Source of the DNA: Verrucomicrobiota bacterium
GTDB taxonomy: Bacteria > Verrucomicrobiota > Verrucomicrobiia > Limisphaerales > AAA164-E04
DNA length: 64,000 nucleotides
Direction: 5' to 3'
Assembly: GCA_047947115.1 (NCBI GenBank)
Contig: CP170459.1
Coordinates: forward strand, 4,544,001-4,608,000
In this document: positions 29,763 to 39,622 of the stretch, piece by piece
How the letters are laid out: each line of letters starts with the position of its first letter
Position numbering within the stretch: position 1 is the stretch's first letter
The notes under the pieces: generated by a model
Told to the model about the DNA's origin: nothing
Databases searched by the model: none
What the model saw: only the letters and a program-made list of their open reading frames with translations
Made by a program: the position numbers and the translations under genes

Positions 29763-31352
29763 TTGACAGCCCTACCCGCATTCAAATCAAACCGTTTGCC
29801 TCCCCAGGGAAACCATGAAGCATTTCCGACTGTTCTCACAAATCTGAATCGACTGTGGGTATTAGCGCTTCTACTGATTTCCTGCATCATCAGAAATCCT
29901 TTAGTCTGGAGTCAGGAGCAAAATACAGAAGGTAATATCACCCGATTGTCTGCAGGCACGAGCACTGGGGCAGCCGACGGTGATGCTCTCCATAGAGATA
30001 TGTTGCCACTGGTCATGACTGCGTCCACCGGCAGCGGTTTGGATGTAGGCCAACAGCCTTACCAAGTCGGAGTTATTTCGGTACGCCCATCGTATATACA
30101 AATTCTTTCTAAACAACTCTCTCCTTTATATCTCCGCCCATCCGATATGATCGGAGCCACGTTTAATCCTACAAAAGCCTTCCGGTATGGTCCGGCTGCC
30201 TTGTCACAACCATTGACGGTTGATCCGGATGACATGGAAATCAGCACTTTGACATTGTTTACGTTCAGAGGATTTAATTTCAACAAACCTAGTATCGAGA
30301 TTGGACTTGATTACGACACCAACAGTAACAATACATTGGGCCAAAACTCCGCCTCAAGCATTGCCCAGCTGTCAACAATCCGAATCCCTTTTACTTACGG
30401 GACAGTTCCTGGAGATTCAGCTTTCCTCATGCGACTGGATTACAAGCCAACCTACCGATTGCTGTTGTCTGGACCTGGTGGCAATGAAATAAACCATGAC
30501 TTGATCTTTCAAGCTGGAAAAGATTTGGGGCGTTTTGCGTTTTCTTTAAACAACCAAGGCACACTTTCATCCATTCCAATTCGTGAGCTTGCCGGTCGCA
30601 ACCGTGTTTTTGCCAACCGGACAAATTTGAGATCAGCTTATGATATGACAGGAAAATCGTTCATTGTATCCGAACTTGGCCATTCATTTTCGACTCGCAC
30701 TGTAGAAGGTGCTGGTAACATTTCAAACTTATCAAAATCACCAACCATTGTAGTCGATGATTTTGAAATATTGTATAATTATCAATTACAACCTAAAATT
30801 CTCCTCATTCCGGAATTTGAGATATCGCGGACGCAAATAGCTAATTCGATTGTTTGGACAAAAGCTGTTGCCCTCAGATCGGGGTATTTTCCAACGCGAA
30901 AACTGGCTTTCACCCCTTTGGCGGGTATCCAATTCCGTGACGCAAAGGGATCTAGCACTGAAATATCAACTTATTATGGCATTGAAATGGATTATTTGGT
31001 GCGTCCGAGAACGGTACTTGAGTTGGACCTTAGATCCGAAGTTCGGCCAAGCTTTGTGGATGAAGGGATATTCCTACGGGAGAACTCGATTGAATTTGGA
31101 ATACAAGAAGCATTGCTTCTAAGGTGGCTTCTCGAACTCAGATTCAATTATACACTCAGGACCCAGGATAGCTCGATCGCGACATCCGTGATAGACCAAA
31201 CAGATATCGGGATGGAATTTACAGTAGGCTATATGTTAACAAGGTTGTCATATATTGATCTTTCCGTGAATCGCTATCAGTTGAAAGACAACATTACAGG
31301 TTTTCTCAGTACCCGCCTAAATGTGCAATTTTCATATAATCGTGCATTTTAA
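29763..31352 (+). CDS. Outer-membrane beta-barrel protein associated with polysaccharide export
   Basis: Signal-peptide-like N-terminus, amphipathic strands and a C-terminal beta-signal (NVQFSYNRAF); located directly before wza-wzc. Start codon uncertain. Confidence 0.68.
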   Translation: MTALPAFKSNRLPPQGNHEAFPTVLTNLNRLWVLALLLISCIIRNPLVWSQEQNTEGNITRLSAGTSTGAADGDALHRDMLPLVMTASTGSGLDVGQQPYQVGVISVRPSYIQILSKQLSPLYLRPSDMIGATFNPTKAFRYGPAALSQPLTVDPDDMEISTLTLFTFRGFNFNKPSIEIGLDYDTNSNNTLGQNSASSIAQLSTIRIPFTYGTVPGDSAFLMRLDYKPTYRLLLSGPGGNEINHDLIFQAGKDLGRFAFSLNNQGTLSSIPIRELAGRNRVFANRTNLRSAYDMTGKSFIVSELGHSFSTRTVEGAGNISNLSKSPTIVVDDFEILYNYQLQPKILLIPEFEISRTQIANSIVWTKAVALRSGYFPTRKLAFTPLAGIQFRDAKGSSTEISTYYGIEMDYLVRPRTVLELDLRSEVRPSFVDEGIFLRENSIEFGIQEALLLRWLLELRFNYTLRTQDSSIATSVIDQTDIGMEFTVGYMLTRLSYIDLSVNRYQLKDNITGFLSTRLNVQFSYNRAF

Positions 31353-31591
31353 TGCGCATGCACCCAGGCGCAACATTGCTTTTGCAATGCATCTCTATCA
31401 AGAATATTCTGTTTTTGAGTTGTTTGAAAACGATTCTCACAAGCAAGAATTCAAAAGAAGTCGTATCTTAATAATTCATTTCCAGCCTATTACCAAGTTT
31501 CCAGGGCCAACACATAATTACAGAATTCGTAATGGCAAGCTAATTGCTCTAGGATCAGTTAAAGGTAGCAACAGATTTAACCGATCAAAGT

Positions 31592-32341
31592 ATGAGTCAT
31601 TGGAAACAAACTATTAACAATAAAGCGTCAATGGAAACAACATGCACATTTGGAAAAGTGGCTGTGGCTCTTTGCGCCGCATTATTTTTAACGTCTGGAG
31701 CCCATGCCGGTGAAGCACAACTCCCAACTCGAAAATTTGACTACACCCCAGTATCCCTGCTCTCCGAAGGGCAAGCCAATGAGTCCAACACCATTGAATC
31801 AAACGATAACGACGCAACTAAGCGCGAGCCCTATTACCTGCGCACCGGGGATCAATTACTCTTGGAACTGACTAATCCTGGCTATGCTTTTAAGAATGAG
31901 GTCGTTGTAGACAATCAAGGAACGGTCAATCTCAATTTGCTGGGTTGGGTGAATTTAGAACAAAATACGGTTGAACAGGCCGAAAAGAAGCTGAGAGAGG
32001 CCTATGCAGAAAAATATTTCAAGAACCCCCGCATTTCTCTTAGACTGGTAAAAAAAGTACCATTACGATTCAAAATACTCGGTCAAGTAGCGCAACCAGG
32101 GTTCTACGAAGTACCTCCAGGACTTGAGGTCGACTTGTTGGACGCAATTGCAATTGCCGGGGGATACACGCGGCTGGCAAACAAGGTAACCTATAAACAC
32201 CTGACACAAGAAGATAAAAACTCACCAGCAACCGAAAAAATCGAAACATATAGAATTCGAGAACTAAAACGGTCGTCAGATACAAAAATCCCTGTTTTGA
32301 GTGGAGACGATACCATCGTGGTCGGCGAATCCATCTTTTAA
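31592..32341 (+). CDS. wza: Polysaccharide export protein (short Wza/OPX: Poly_export + SLBB)
   Basis: YYLRTGDQL, VDNQGTVNLNLLG, LGQVAQPG.Y, LLDAIAIAGG, GDDTIVVGESIF. Confidence 0.85.
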   Translation: MSHWKQTINNKASMETTCTFGKVAVALCAALFLTSGAHAGEAQLPTRKFDYTPVSLLSEGQANESNTIESNDNDATKREPYYLRTGDQLLLELTNPGYAFKNEVVVDNQGTVNLNLLGWVNLEQNTVEQAEKKLREAYAEKYFKNPRISLRLVKKVPLRFKILGQVAQPGFYEVPPGLEVDLLDAIAIAGGYTRLANKVTYKHLTQEDKNSPATEKIETYRIRELKRSSDTKIPVLSGDDTIVVGESIF

Positions 32342-32462
32342 ACAAAATTTACAATTGACTTCATTGGCAGGTAAATTTTTTGTGCGTAGCCGAGCATAGA
32401 TGAAAAAAAATAACCAGCCCTCAAGACACCGACTCCGTTTGGATTTAATATAACTGAATCAT

Positions 32463-34787
32463 TTGAAAGAAAACCAGTCCATAAAGCCTCAGGAATTGCT
32501 CAAGCTCGCCACCATTCATTGGCAGGTGATTGTGGCTACCGTGGCTGTTTGCACAGGAATTGCCTTCAATAAAACGCGAAGTTTTGAGCCTAGTTACGAA
32601 AGCCAATCAGCAGTTGAAATCAGCAATCAGTTGATCATTGACATGAACAATGTGTCGGATGTGGACGCTCGAGATACGGACATCCTCTATACATACGTTC
32701 AAAAAGCGGAATCCACTGCTGTGTTGAAGGCTGCGATCGCCGAATCAGAATGGCTTCAAGACTACTTCAACGTGGAAGACCCCTCAGATGACAAGGCGTT
32801 GACTGAGGCGGCCAAACAAATGAGCCCAGCCAAAGCAAAACTCAGGGGAGATTCCCTCATCATTGACCTGATTGCATCCGGAAGAAATAAGGATCTTGTG
32901 TATAATACAGCCAAATATGTGGCCCTAGGATTTGTAAAATCAGACAAGAATGAAAAAACAAAGGACAATCGTGATGCGCTGATAACTCTTGAAACCAAAA
33001 ATATGCCTGAAGCTGAAAGAGAGGCGCTGACTACAGCAAGAACCCTTTTTGAGTTTGAGCAAGAGTTTAATGTTTCGAATTTCGAGACGCGCAGTGCAGA
33101 TTTAGGCACCTCCCTTTACGAAAATAAAAAGGAAATTCGATCATTCGAACGAGCAATCGGTAAACTTGATAATGATCTGAAGAAAATGGAAGATTTGGGC
33201 TATGTAATCCATGGCGATATTGATGCAAATCTTGCGGCAATTTCCAAGAACTTTGTCGCATTCAGACTCATACAATCCGTCTATTCGGATGAGAACTATA
33301 TTGCTGACTACGACAAGCTGGAATCTTTGGAACGAGTCGCCAAACAACGATCGGTGGCACTATTGGATGACCATCCGGACATGAAAGACGCCATCAAGGA
33401 AGTTACTCTTCAAAAAGAGGCAGTCATAGAAACCATTGCCGAAATTCCCAACACCATCCTTTTGGAGAAAAGCAAACAGCAGGATCTGCTTGCAGATCTA
33501 GAATTTGATTACGCAGAGTTCCTAGAAGACCAGAACCTTATCGCTGAAAAGACTAGCGAATACACACGACTCAAAGCCGAGCGCGAAAGGGCTGAAAAAT
33601 TACGGGATTACGTAAACGAACGCATCGACGAGTTATCTTTCGCTGTCAATAGCGTCCCCAGCAGCATCAAGCTATTTGAGGATGCCACCCAGCCAGATCC
33701 GATTAATAAGAACAAAACCCAAACCATCTTGATGGGGTTGATTGTGGGACTGGCCCTCTCATACGGATATCTATACCTGTTGAACATGATGGATCAATCC
33801 ATCAAATCGGTTGAACAAGCCGAACAAGTGCTGCAATTACCAGTACTGGCCGCCGTCCCTGCAGCCGAACCCGATGGGCTAGAGATCAAGAATCGACTCA
33901 TCATGAAGGGTTCCTCGAATTCATCGTGCTCGGAGGCATTTCGCTCCCTACGCGTCAACATCGAGAGCATGAATCGTTCAAAATCCAACAAGGTGGTGGT
34001 GTTCACCAGCTCCATGCCCTCAGAAGGAAAAACCTTCACCTCCATCAATTATGCAGCTTCCCTGGCACAACAGGGTCATAAAACTCTGCTCATAGACATG
34101 GATTTGAGAAAACCCGCCGTCGCAAAGGATTTTGGCATTGAAAAGTCGAACTATGTTGGGTTGACAGAAATCATTACTTCTGACGAAAAGCTAGAACAAT
34201 TTCCTGAATTACCCATGTACCAGGCTGCAGAAGGGCTTTCCATTCTGCACGGAGGCCCCCTCATTGACAACCCAGCCGAGCGATTGTCCAGTTATGCCGT
34301 AGAGCGTATCGTAGAAAAAGCAAGGGAACACTTCGATCGGGTTGTCATTGACTCGGCTCCTTTGGGACCTGTTGGAGATACATTAACGGTTGCACGCCTC
34401 GCTGACATGGTCTGCCTGGTAGTGCGTTCAGCCAAAACACCTTCAAAGATGATTCTAAGAATCATCGACACATTACATCGCCATGGTCATACTCCCGCAG
34501 GAATTGTCCTGAACTTCATGAAGATCAAGTCAGGTTACGGCTCTTATTACTATTATTACAGCAGTGATAAGCAACCTGAAATCATTACCGAGAAACCTCC
34601 CTATAAACGTAAGTCCGGTGATGTTGCCAAATCAAGTATCGCGCCAGCCAAGTTGGAGGAAAGTGGTGGGTTAGAGGAATCTGATCCTAAAAAAAAACAG
34701 ATTCCATCTGAACTCGAATCATTATTGAAGCCGAAACAGGAATATACTCGGCGTGATAAATCTGTTGAGTGTCGCCCTTCCGTCTGA
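32463..34787 (+). CDS. wzc: Polysaccharide co-polymerase / BY-kinase (Wzc)
   Basis: Coiled-coil periplasmic domain and TM helix, then EAFRSLR, TSSMPSEGKT, LIDMDLR, VIDSAP and Tyr cluster GYGSYYYYY. Confidence 0.92.
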   Translation: MKENQSIKPQELLKLATIHWQVIVATVAVCTGIAFNKTRSFEPSYESQSAVEISNQLIIDMNNVSDVDARDTDILYTYVQKAESTAVLKAAIAESEWLQDYFNVEDPSDDKALTEAAKQMSPAKAKLRGDSLIIDLIASGRNKDLVYNTAKYVALGFVKSDKNEKTKDNRDALITLETKNMPEAEREALTTARTLFEFEQEFNVSNFETRSADLGTSLYENKKEIRSFERAIGKLDNDLKKMEDLGYVIHGDIDANLAAISKNFVAFRLIQSVYSDENYIADYDKLESLERVAKQRSVALLDDHPDMKDAIKEVTLQKEAVIETIAEIPNTILLEKSKQQDLLADLEFDYAEFLEDQNLIAEKTSEYTRLKAERERAEKLRDYVNERIDELSFAVNSVPSSIKLFEDATQPDPINKNKTQTILMGLIVGLALSYGYLYLLNMMDQSIKSVEQAEQVLQLPVLAAVPAAEPDGLEIKNRLIMKGSSNSSCSEAFRSLRVNIESMNRSKSNKVVVFTSSMPSEGKTFTSINYAASLAQQGHKTLLIDMDLRKPAVAKDFGIEKSNYVGLTEIITSDEKLEQFPELPMYQAAEGLSILHGGPLIDNPAERLSSYAVERIVEKAREHFDRVVIDSAPLGPVGDTLTVARLADMVCLVVRSAKTPSKMILRIIDTLHRHGHTPAGIVLNFMKIKSGYGSYYYYYSSDKQPEIITEKPPYKRKSGDVAKSSIAPAKLEESGGLEESDPKKKQIPSELESLLKPKQEYTRRDKSVECRPSV

Positions 34788-34815
34788 TTCCAGATCCTGA
34801 GAACTCGAATCAGAC
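34782..34815 (+). terminator. Hairpin overlapping the wzc stop (possible terminator or processing site)
   Basis: GTCTGATTC (34782-34790) pairs with GAATCAGAC (34807-34815); no clear U-tract. Confidence 0.3.
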
Positions 34816-34875
34816 AGACATTGGAATTCTTGCTGATCCAAGGGAGCTGTTAACAGTTAATTACAATTCCAAATA

Positions 34876-35772
34876 GTGCTTCCCCAATGGAATTGCCTTC
34901 AATTCGAGATGATTTGCAACATGTCCAGTCCTGCAGTTGAACCGATTCGTAAACAACTCGACGAATCTGGACAACTGGCTTATAAGATGAATCGAGTAGA
35001 CAATCGATTTGTTATCCAATACTCAGACAAGCTCCAATATAGTGTTGCTCCTCAATTACCGGAAAATCACCCTGACCAGGTCCATGTCAGTTGCACTCCT
35101 GATATCCCGGAATCGATCAAGTCACATTTCTATACCAACCAGATCCTTCCGATGATCAAGGCTTGGAAAGGCGCCGTAGTTTTGCACTCAAGCTCCATTC
35201 AATTGCAGTCGTGCTGTGTCGGTTTCTTTGGCCGTTCGGGCGCTGGTAAATCAACACTTGCCAACTTGCTCTCTCTCAAGCCGGAGTTTTCTTTTTGGAG
35301 TGATGATTGGTTTGAGATCCTGACAGACAAGGGAAGATGCACTTCATCTTTCACGCCTGGTCAAACGCGACTAAACCCTGATCATACGAGAGCATTGAAA
35401 AGGTTACGTTTGCTGGCCCCCGATCTCGAGCCGATAAATGAAGAAGAAAAGTTAATTTTCTCCCCCCCTTCCCCTTCCCTGAAGAAACAGTCCGAAGTAA
35501 GGAGCCTTTATCAATTGATCCCATCAGCCCCGGATGTCGGAATTCATTGCGTGCGTTTATCACCTGCAAAGGCTTTTCAGGCTATCAGTCTCAATATTTT
35601 CAGGCTGGATACCCGTAACAAGGAACACATGAAAAGGGAGTATACTCAAATCGTCCACATCGTTGAAAGTCTACCGGTTTATCGCTTTTACTACCCGCAT
35701 GACCTAGATCAGATGGAAGCATCACTCCATTTTATCGAGCGTCACATAATAGATTCTGCTCCTCATCCCTGA
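34876..35772 (+). CDS. HPr kinase-related serine kinase (lasso-peptide kinase-like)
   Basis: VLHSSSI, Walker A GRSGAGKSTLA and SDD, as in HprK-like kinases. Start uncertain. Confidence 0.8.
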   Translation: MLPQWNCLQFEMICNMSSPAVEPIRKQLDESGQLAYKMNRVDNRFVIQYSDKLQYSVAPQLPENHPDQVHVSCTPDIPESIKSHFYTNQILPMIKAWKGAVVLHSSSIQLQSCCVGFFGRSGAGKSTLANLLSLKPEFSFWSDDWFEILTDKGRCTSSFTPGQTRLNPDHTRALKRLRLLAPDLEPINEEEKLIFSPPSPSLKKQSEVRSLYQLIPSAPDVGIHCVRLSPAKAFQAISLNIFRLDTRNKEHMKREYTQIVHIVESLPVYRFYYPHDLDQMEASLHFIERHIIDSAPHP

Positions 35773-35775
35773 CTT

Positions 35776-37584
35776 ATGGGATTTCATCGTTACTGGATCA
35801 ACGCGTTCAAAGGAAGATTCAAGAACCTTTTGTTGGCTTTGCGTTTCTTCTGGGAATGCTCCCCCAAGACAGCGGGTTTGTCTCTTGCTTTGGTGATTCT
35901 GGCTGGATTGTTTCCCCTTCTGATGGTCAATGTCACTCGACATGTCATCAATCAATTCGATTCCATTGAAAACATCCGGAGTTGGTTAACAGGTTCGGGG
36001 TTGCTCCTGCTGCTGACCATCATCGGTCGGGAGGCCATCCATTTGCTGGGTAATTTGATCAGAACATTCCATGAGGGACGCGTATCCGATTACGTGAATT
36101 CTCGTGCACAACAAATTGCCTCTTCGGCCGACATGGCACATTATGAGTCGTCAACATTCTATGACCACCTATACCGGGCTGGATTTGAATCGGATCAACA
36201 TGTCATCGATGTCACCGAACATATGGCGGCGATCGTTTCGGGAACGATCACGCTGTTGGGGTTGTTGTTCCTGGTCGGCCGATATTCAAGCTGGCTGCCA
36301 ATTGTTTTTTTCGCTGCTTCATTGCCTGTCTTCCTGACATTAATAACCCAATCACACAAAAGATATCAATGGAACCAATCCATGACCAAGATCCAGCGAA
36401 AAAGCCGCTACTTGAACTGGCTTCTGGTGGGTCAAGAGTCTGCGGGAGAATTGAGGATTTACGGTCTCCAGAATTTATTAGTCAAAAAATACAAGGAATT
36501 GCGTGAAAAAGTATTGCTGACACGTACCAAACTGGAACAAAAGCAAGCTTTATGGGTTTCAGGCGCCAATGTCCTATCGTTGTGCATGCTGGGAGGAGGA
36601 ATCGCTTTGCTTACACAAGCATTCCAATCAGGCGCCATTGACAACGGTTCCGTCGCCCTCATCGGACACTCCATTCTACTGTGCCGACAATCCACACAGA
36701 CGCTCCTCAGTGAAACAGCCAGCCTTTACAGAGCGTCCCTGTTTCTGGCTGATCTGGATTATGTCATTAATTTGAAACCACAGATCAATGCACCGGAAAA
36801 ACCTAAAAACTTCACATCACTTGTGCACCATGAAATCCGGTTTTCCAATGTCAGTTTCACCTATCCAGAAATGGAAGCACCGGCGATCAAGCATTTAACC
36901 GTAACGATTCCGCCCAAAAAGCTCACCGTCATCCTGGGTAAGAACGGATCTGGAAAATCAACACTCGGTAAAATGCTGTGTCGTTTTTTTGATCCTGATG
37001 ACGGCGAGATAACGCTGGGTGAAATTCCATTGAAGGCATTTGATCCAAAGCAACTCAGAAATCATTTGGGCTGTTTGTTTCAAGACCCTGTTCGATATTA
37101 CTTTTCAGCCGAGGAGAACGTCATCTTTGGGAACACAGATATCAGAAACGATCCCAAGGCATTTGCGAAGGCGATCAACTCATCCATGGCTGCCTCAGTC
37201 ATTTCCGATCTACAGAACGGTAAAGACACTCCACTGGGCAGATGGTTCCAGGAAGGAACCGAACTCAGCGGAGGTCAATGGCAGCGGCTTGCCCTTGCCA
37301 GAACACATTACGCAAATCGTCCTATTTGGATTTTGGATGAACCAACCAGCGCTATGGATCCATGGACAGAAAGGAAGTGGCTTGAAAACACGCGGCAAGA
37401 TGCGGTCGATAAAACAATTATTCTGATTACTCACCGGATCAGTTCAGCAGCGATTGCAGACCATTTAATCGTCATGGATTCCGGCCAAGTCGTTGAGTCG
37501 GGAAGCCCGTCAGAATTGCTGGAACAAAGAGGGATTTTTGCAAAGCTATACAATGAATCAGCGACTCAGTTTCCCAGGACATGA
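35776..37584 (+). CDS. ABC exporter, fused permease/ATP-binding (no C39 domain)
   Basis: TM helices, GKNGSGKST, ELSGGQWQRLALAR, ILDEPTSAMD, ITHR. Confidence 0.93.
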   Translation: MGFHRYWINAFKGRFKNLLLALRFFWECSPKTAGLSLALVILAGLFPLLMVNVTRHVINQFDSIENIRSWLTGSGLLLLLTIIGREAIHLLGNLIRTFHEGRVSDYVNSRAQQIASSADMAHYESSTFYDHLYRAGFESDQHVIDVTEHMAAIVSGTITLLGLLFLVGRYSSWLPIVFFAASLPVFLTLITQSHKRYQWNQSMTKIQRKSRYLNWLLVGQESAGELRIYGLQNLLVKKYKELREKVLLTRTKLEQKQALWVSGANVLSLCMLGGGIALLTQAFQSGAIDNGSVALIGHSILLCRQSTQTLLSETASLYRASLFLADLDYVINLKPQINAPEKPKNFTSLVHHEIRFSNVSFTYPEMEAPAIKHLTVTIPPKKLTVILGKNGSGKSTLGKMLCRFFDPDDGEITLGEIPLKAFDPKQLRNHLGCLFQDPVRYYFSAEENVIFGNTDIRNDPKAFAKAINSSMAASVISDLQNGKDTPLGRWFQEGTELSGGQWQRLALARTHYANRPIWILDEPTSAMDPWTERKWLENTRQDAVDKTIILITHRISSAAIADHLIVMDSGQVVESGSPSELLEQRGIFAKLYNESATQFPRT

Positions 37585-37612
37585 CACGGAGGAGCAGAGC
37601 GGTTGGAGTCAT

Positions 37613-38764
37613 TCAAGCGGCGCCGAAATATTTACGAACGCCTTTCACGATACGCTCTCCATGCCTGAGCAATGTATGCTTTGATTGGAAGGAAGCAGCC
37701 ATGTAACTATTCGGAGGAAAGATCCAACGCCATAGATATGAGAATTTTGCTTTGGCGGTAGGAATTTCCAACCACCGATTCACAAGGTCATGCGCTTTTG
37801 AATATCGCTGTTCCAAATACCCTGCGCTGGTTTCCCTTCCTGAAGCCACTTGTTTTTGAAGATCAAACATGACCTTTTCGGGGGCACCGAATTTCAGCAC
37901 GCGATTCACGTCTTCAAGACAGACTTTCAATATGGTGGCCACCTCTTTATCGATCGCAAGTTCCACTAATTTTTGCCAATCAGTTACGGAAAAGGACTGC
38001 CCCAAATAAAACAAGTCCAACAACCATGCAAAACGGCGATCCTGAGGAAAATGCCCCGCACGATGGACGCATAAATAGATGAAATGATCTACTTTGTCTG
38101 GTATCCAAACGGCTTCATTTTCGATTGAAATTTGAACAGCCTTTTCCAGAAGTTCCTGATAGGAGAAAACACATAGCAAGGGCCGGTTGTTCAAACGCAA
38201 ATGCAATTCGATCAAAGGTGACTCAGGATAGTTTTCTGAAGCACTGTAGCACTTTTCAAACGAAAGGTAGCCCCAGTTCAAGCAGGGAGCAGATTGATAG
38301 CCCAGTTGGGTCAAGCATTCATTGGCCGAATCCCAATCCTCCGGATCAATCAACAAATCGATATCATGACTGGTCCTCCAATGAACACGTGGATAGACCG
38401 TATTACCGAGAGCCGGGCCTTTGAGTAGAATGGGCTTCATACCCGCCTGTTGCATGCTCCCCACCACCCTTGCAAGGGTTTGTTGCCGATAGGCACACGC
38501 TCCTGCTATTTTCAGGGATTCCAATCTTAAGTGAGTGAACCACGGTTCATTAACAAATGATCCCTTTGAACCAGCTTTTAGCTTTTCGTAAACGATGGGC
38601 TGAATGTTAAGCTTTTTACACAAGTCCAAAAATCTATCGCCATCACAATTTGACAGTGGAACCTCGATATCACCATGTAGGTAGAATAACGCATGTTGCA
38701 GAACAGGATCTTCCAATCCTTGTTCCGGTTCCCATAATTCTTTAATATTCCTTTTTGGGTGCAT
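37613..38764 (-). CDS. Nucleotidyltransferase family protein (NTP_transf_5-like)
   Basis: ILLKGPAL..YP...R.SHDIDLLI, IELH, YLCVH, WLLDL. Confidence 0.85.
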   Translation of the reverse strand: MHPKRNIKELWEPEQGLEDPVLQHALFYLHGDIEVPLSNCDGDRFLDLCKKLNIQPIVYEKLKAGSKGSFVNEPWFTHLRLESLKIAGACAYRQQTLARVVGSMQQAGMKPILLKGPALGNTVYPRVHWRTSHDIDLLIDPEDWDSANECLTQLGYQSAPCLNWGYLSFEKCYSASENYPESPLIELHLRLNNRPLLCVFSYQELLEKAVQISIENEAVWIPDKVDHFIYLCVHRAGHFPQDRRFAWLLDLFYLGQSFSVTDWQKLVELAIDKEVATILKVCLEDVNRVLKFGAPEKVMFDLQKQVASGRETSAGYLEQRYSKAHDLVNRWLEIPTAKAKFSYLWRWIFPPNSYMAASFQSKHTLLRHGERIVKGVRKYFGAA

Positions 38765-38800
38765 GAAAATTCACAGACATCCGGGTTTAGGAGTCCAGAT

Positions 38801-38857
38801 ATGACTACCAAGCTCCCTCCTGGGACATCATTCATACCCAAACCATTGAAATTATGA
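38801..38857 (+). CDS. Putative 18-aa micro-ORF MTTKLPPGTSFIPKPLKL
   Basis: AGGAG at 38789-38793, 7 nt before ATG 38801. Its TGA overlaps the RRE start (ATGA). Confidence 0.3.
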   Translation: MTTKLPPGTSFIPKPLKL

Positions 38858-39165
38858 AACAATATCCAGAAGAATTACATTTATCAGATCAGAAATTCCA
38901 GTCCTCCTCCAACATTATGTTTCGTGAACTGGAAGATGAATCCGTCCTTCTGAACCTCAATGACGAGTCATACTATTCATTAAACAGCACTGGAACGATG
39001 ATCTGGAATCTGCTTCAGTCCTGCTCAACACTGAAGGACGCTTTTTACGAATTCCAAAAACAATTTGAAATAGAGCCAGCCAAGGCGGCTGCGGATTTCG
39101 ATCAACTGATGAAGCAATTATTGGAAAAACAATTTGGGACTCTTGAAACAACAACACGACCATAA
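38854..39165 (+). CDS. PqqD-family RiPP recognition element (lasso B1-like)
   Basis: RELEDESVLLNL..ESYYSLNSTGTMIWNLL...DF..LM.QL is the classic PqqD/RRE pattern; 103 aa. Confidence 0.9.
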   Translation: MKQYPEELHLSDQKFQSSSNIMFRELEDESVLLNLNDESYYSLNSTGTMIWNLLQSCSTLKDAFYEFQKQFEIEPAKAAADFDQLMKQLLEKQFGTLETTTRP

Positions 39166-39622
39166 TATCTGCCTGTCAATTCCGGCAAAGTTACGGGTCT
39201 TCCTATGGACAATGGCACAATGGTGTTTGATCCGGCGAATGATTAAAAAGGAGGGATTCCTCAACGCTTGCGAACGTTGGAAAATAAAACCAACGGCCCT
39301 GTCTCACATGCATGCCTGCACTGTCCCATCAGATCAGCTTGATCACATACCCAGTGATATTCATCGAATGGTTCTGAGGGCGGGCAAATGCTTTCCGGAC
39401 AAACGCAACAATTGTCTACCGAGGGCGTTGGCTGCAGCCTATTGGATGCAACATTTCAATATACCTTACCGAATCCGAATAGGTATCCGGTCCGAGAGTA
39501 AAGCAATTTTGACATCGGCACATGCCTGGATCGAAGTTAATGGCAGGGCCATTGGCGAATTGGAAGAATCAATTGAGCAATTGAAGCCTCTGGATCCTTA
39601 TCCAAACCATACAAGCGTATGA
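39134..39622 (+). CDS. Lasso peptide B2-type leader peptidase (transglutaminase-like)
   Basis: NCLPRALA (Cys), RIGIR, AHAWIE (His). Confidence 0.88.
   Translation: MGLLKQQHDHNICLSIPAKLRVFLWTMAQWCLIRRMIKKEGFLNACERWKIKPTALSHMHACTVPSDQLDHIPSDIHRMVLRAGKCFPDKRNNCLPRALAAAYWMQHFNIPYRIRIGIRSESKAILTSAHAWIEVNGRAIGELEESIEQLKPLDPYPNHTSV

Noticed and set aside
31321..31617. 98-aa ORF between the barrel gene and wza as a possible RiPP precursor
   Set aside because: No leader motif, overlaps both neighbours, and has AT-rich promoter-like composition.
34887..34940. Short ORF MELPSIRDDLQHVQSCS as a precursor or frameshifted kinase N-terminus
   Set aside because: It overlaps the kinase frame, has no SD or leader motif, and cannot be supported.
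37754..37761. GGCGGTAG ops-like octamer
   Set aside because: It lies inside a coding region far from the operon leader and lacks the downstream TG of the ops consensus.
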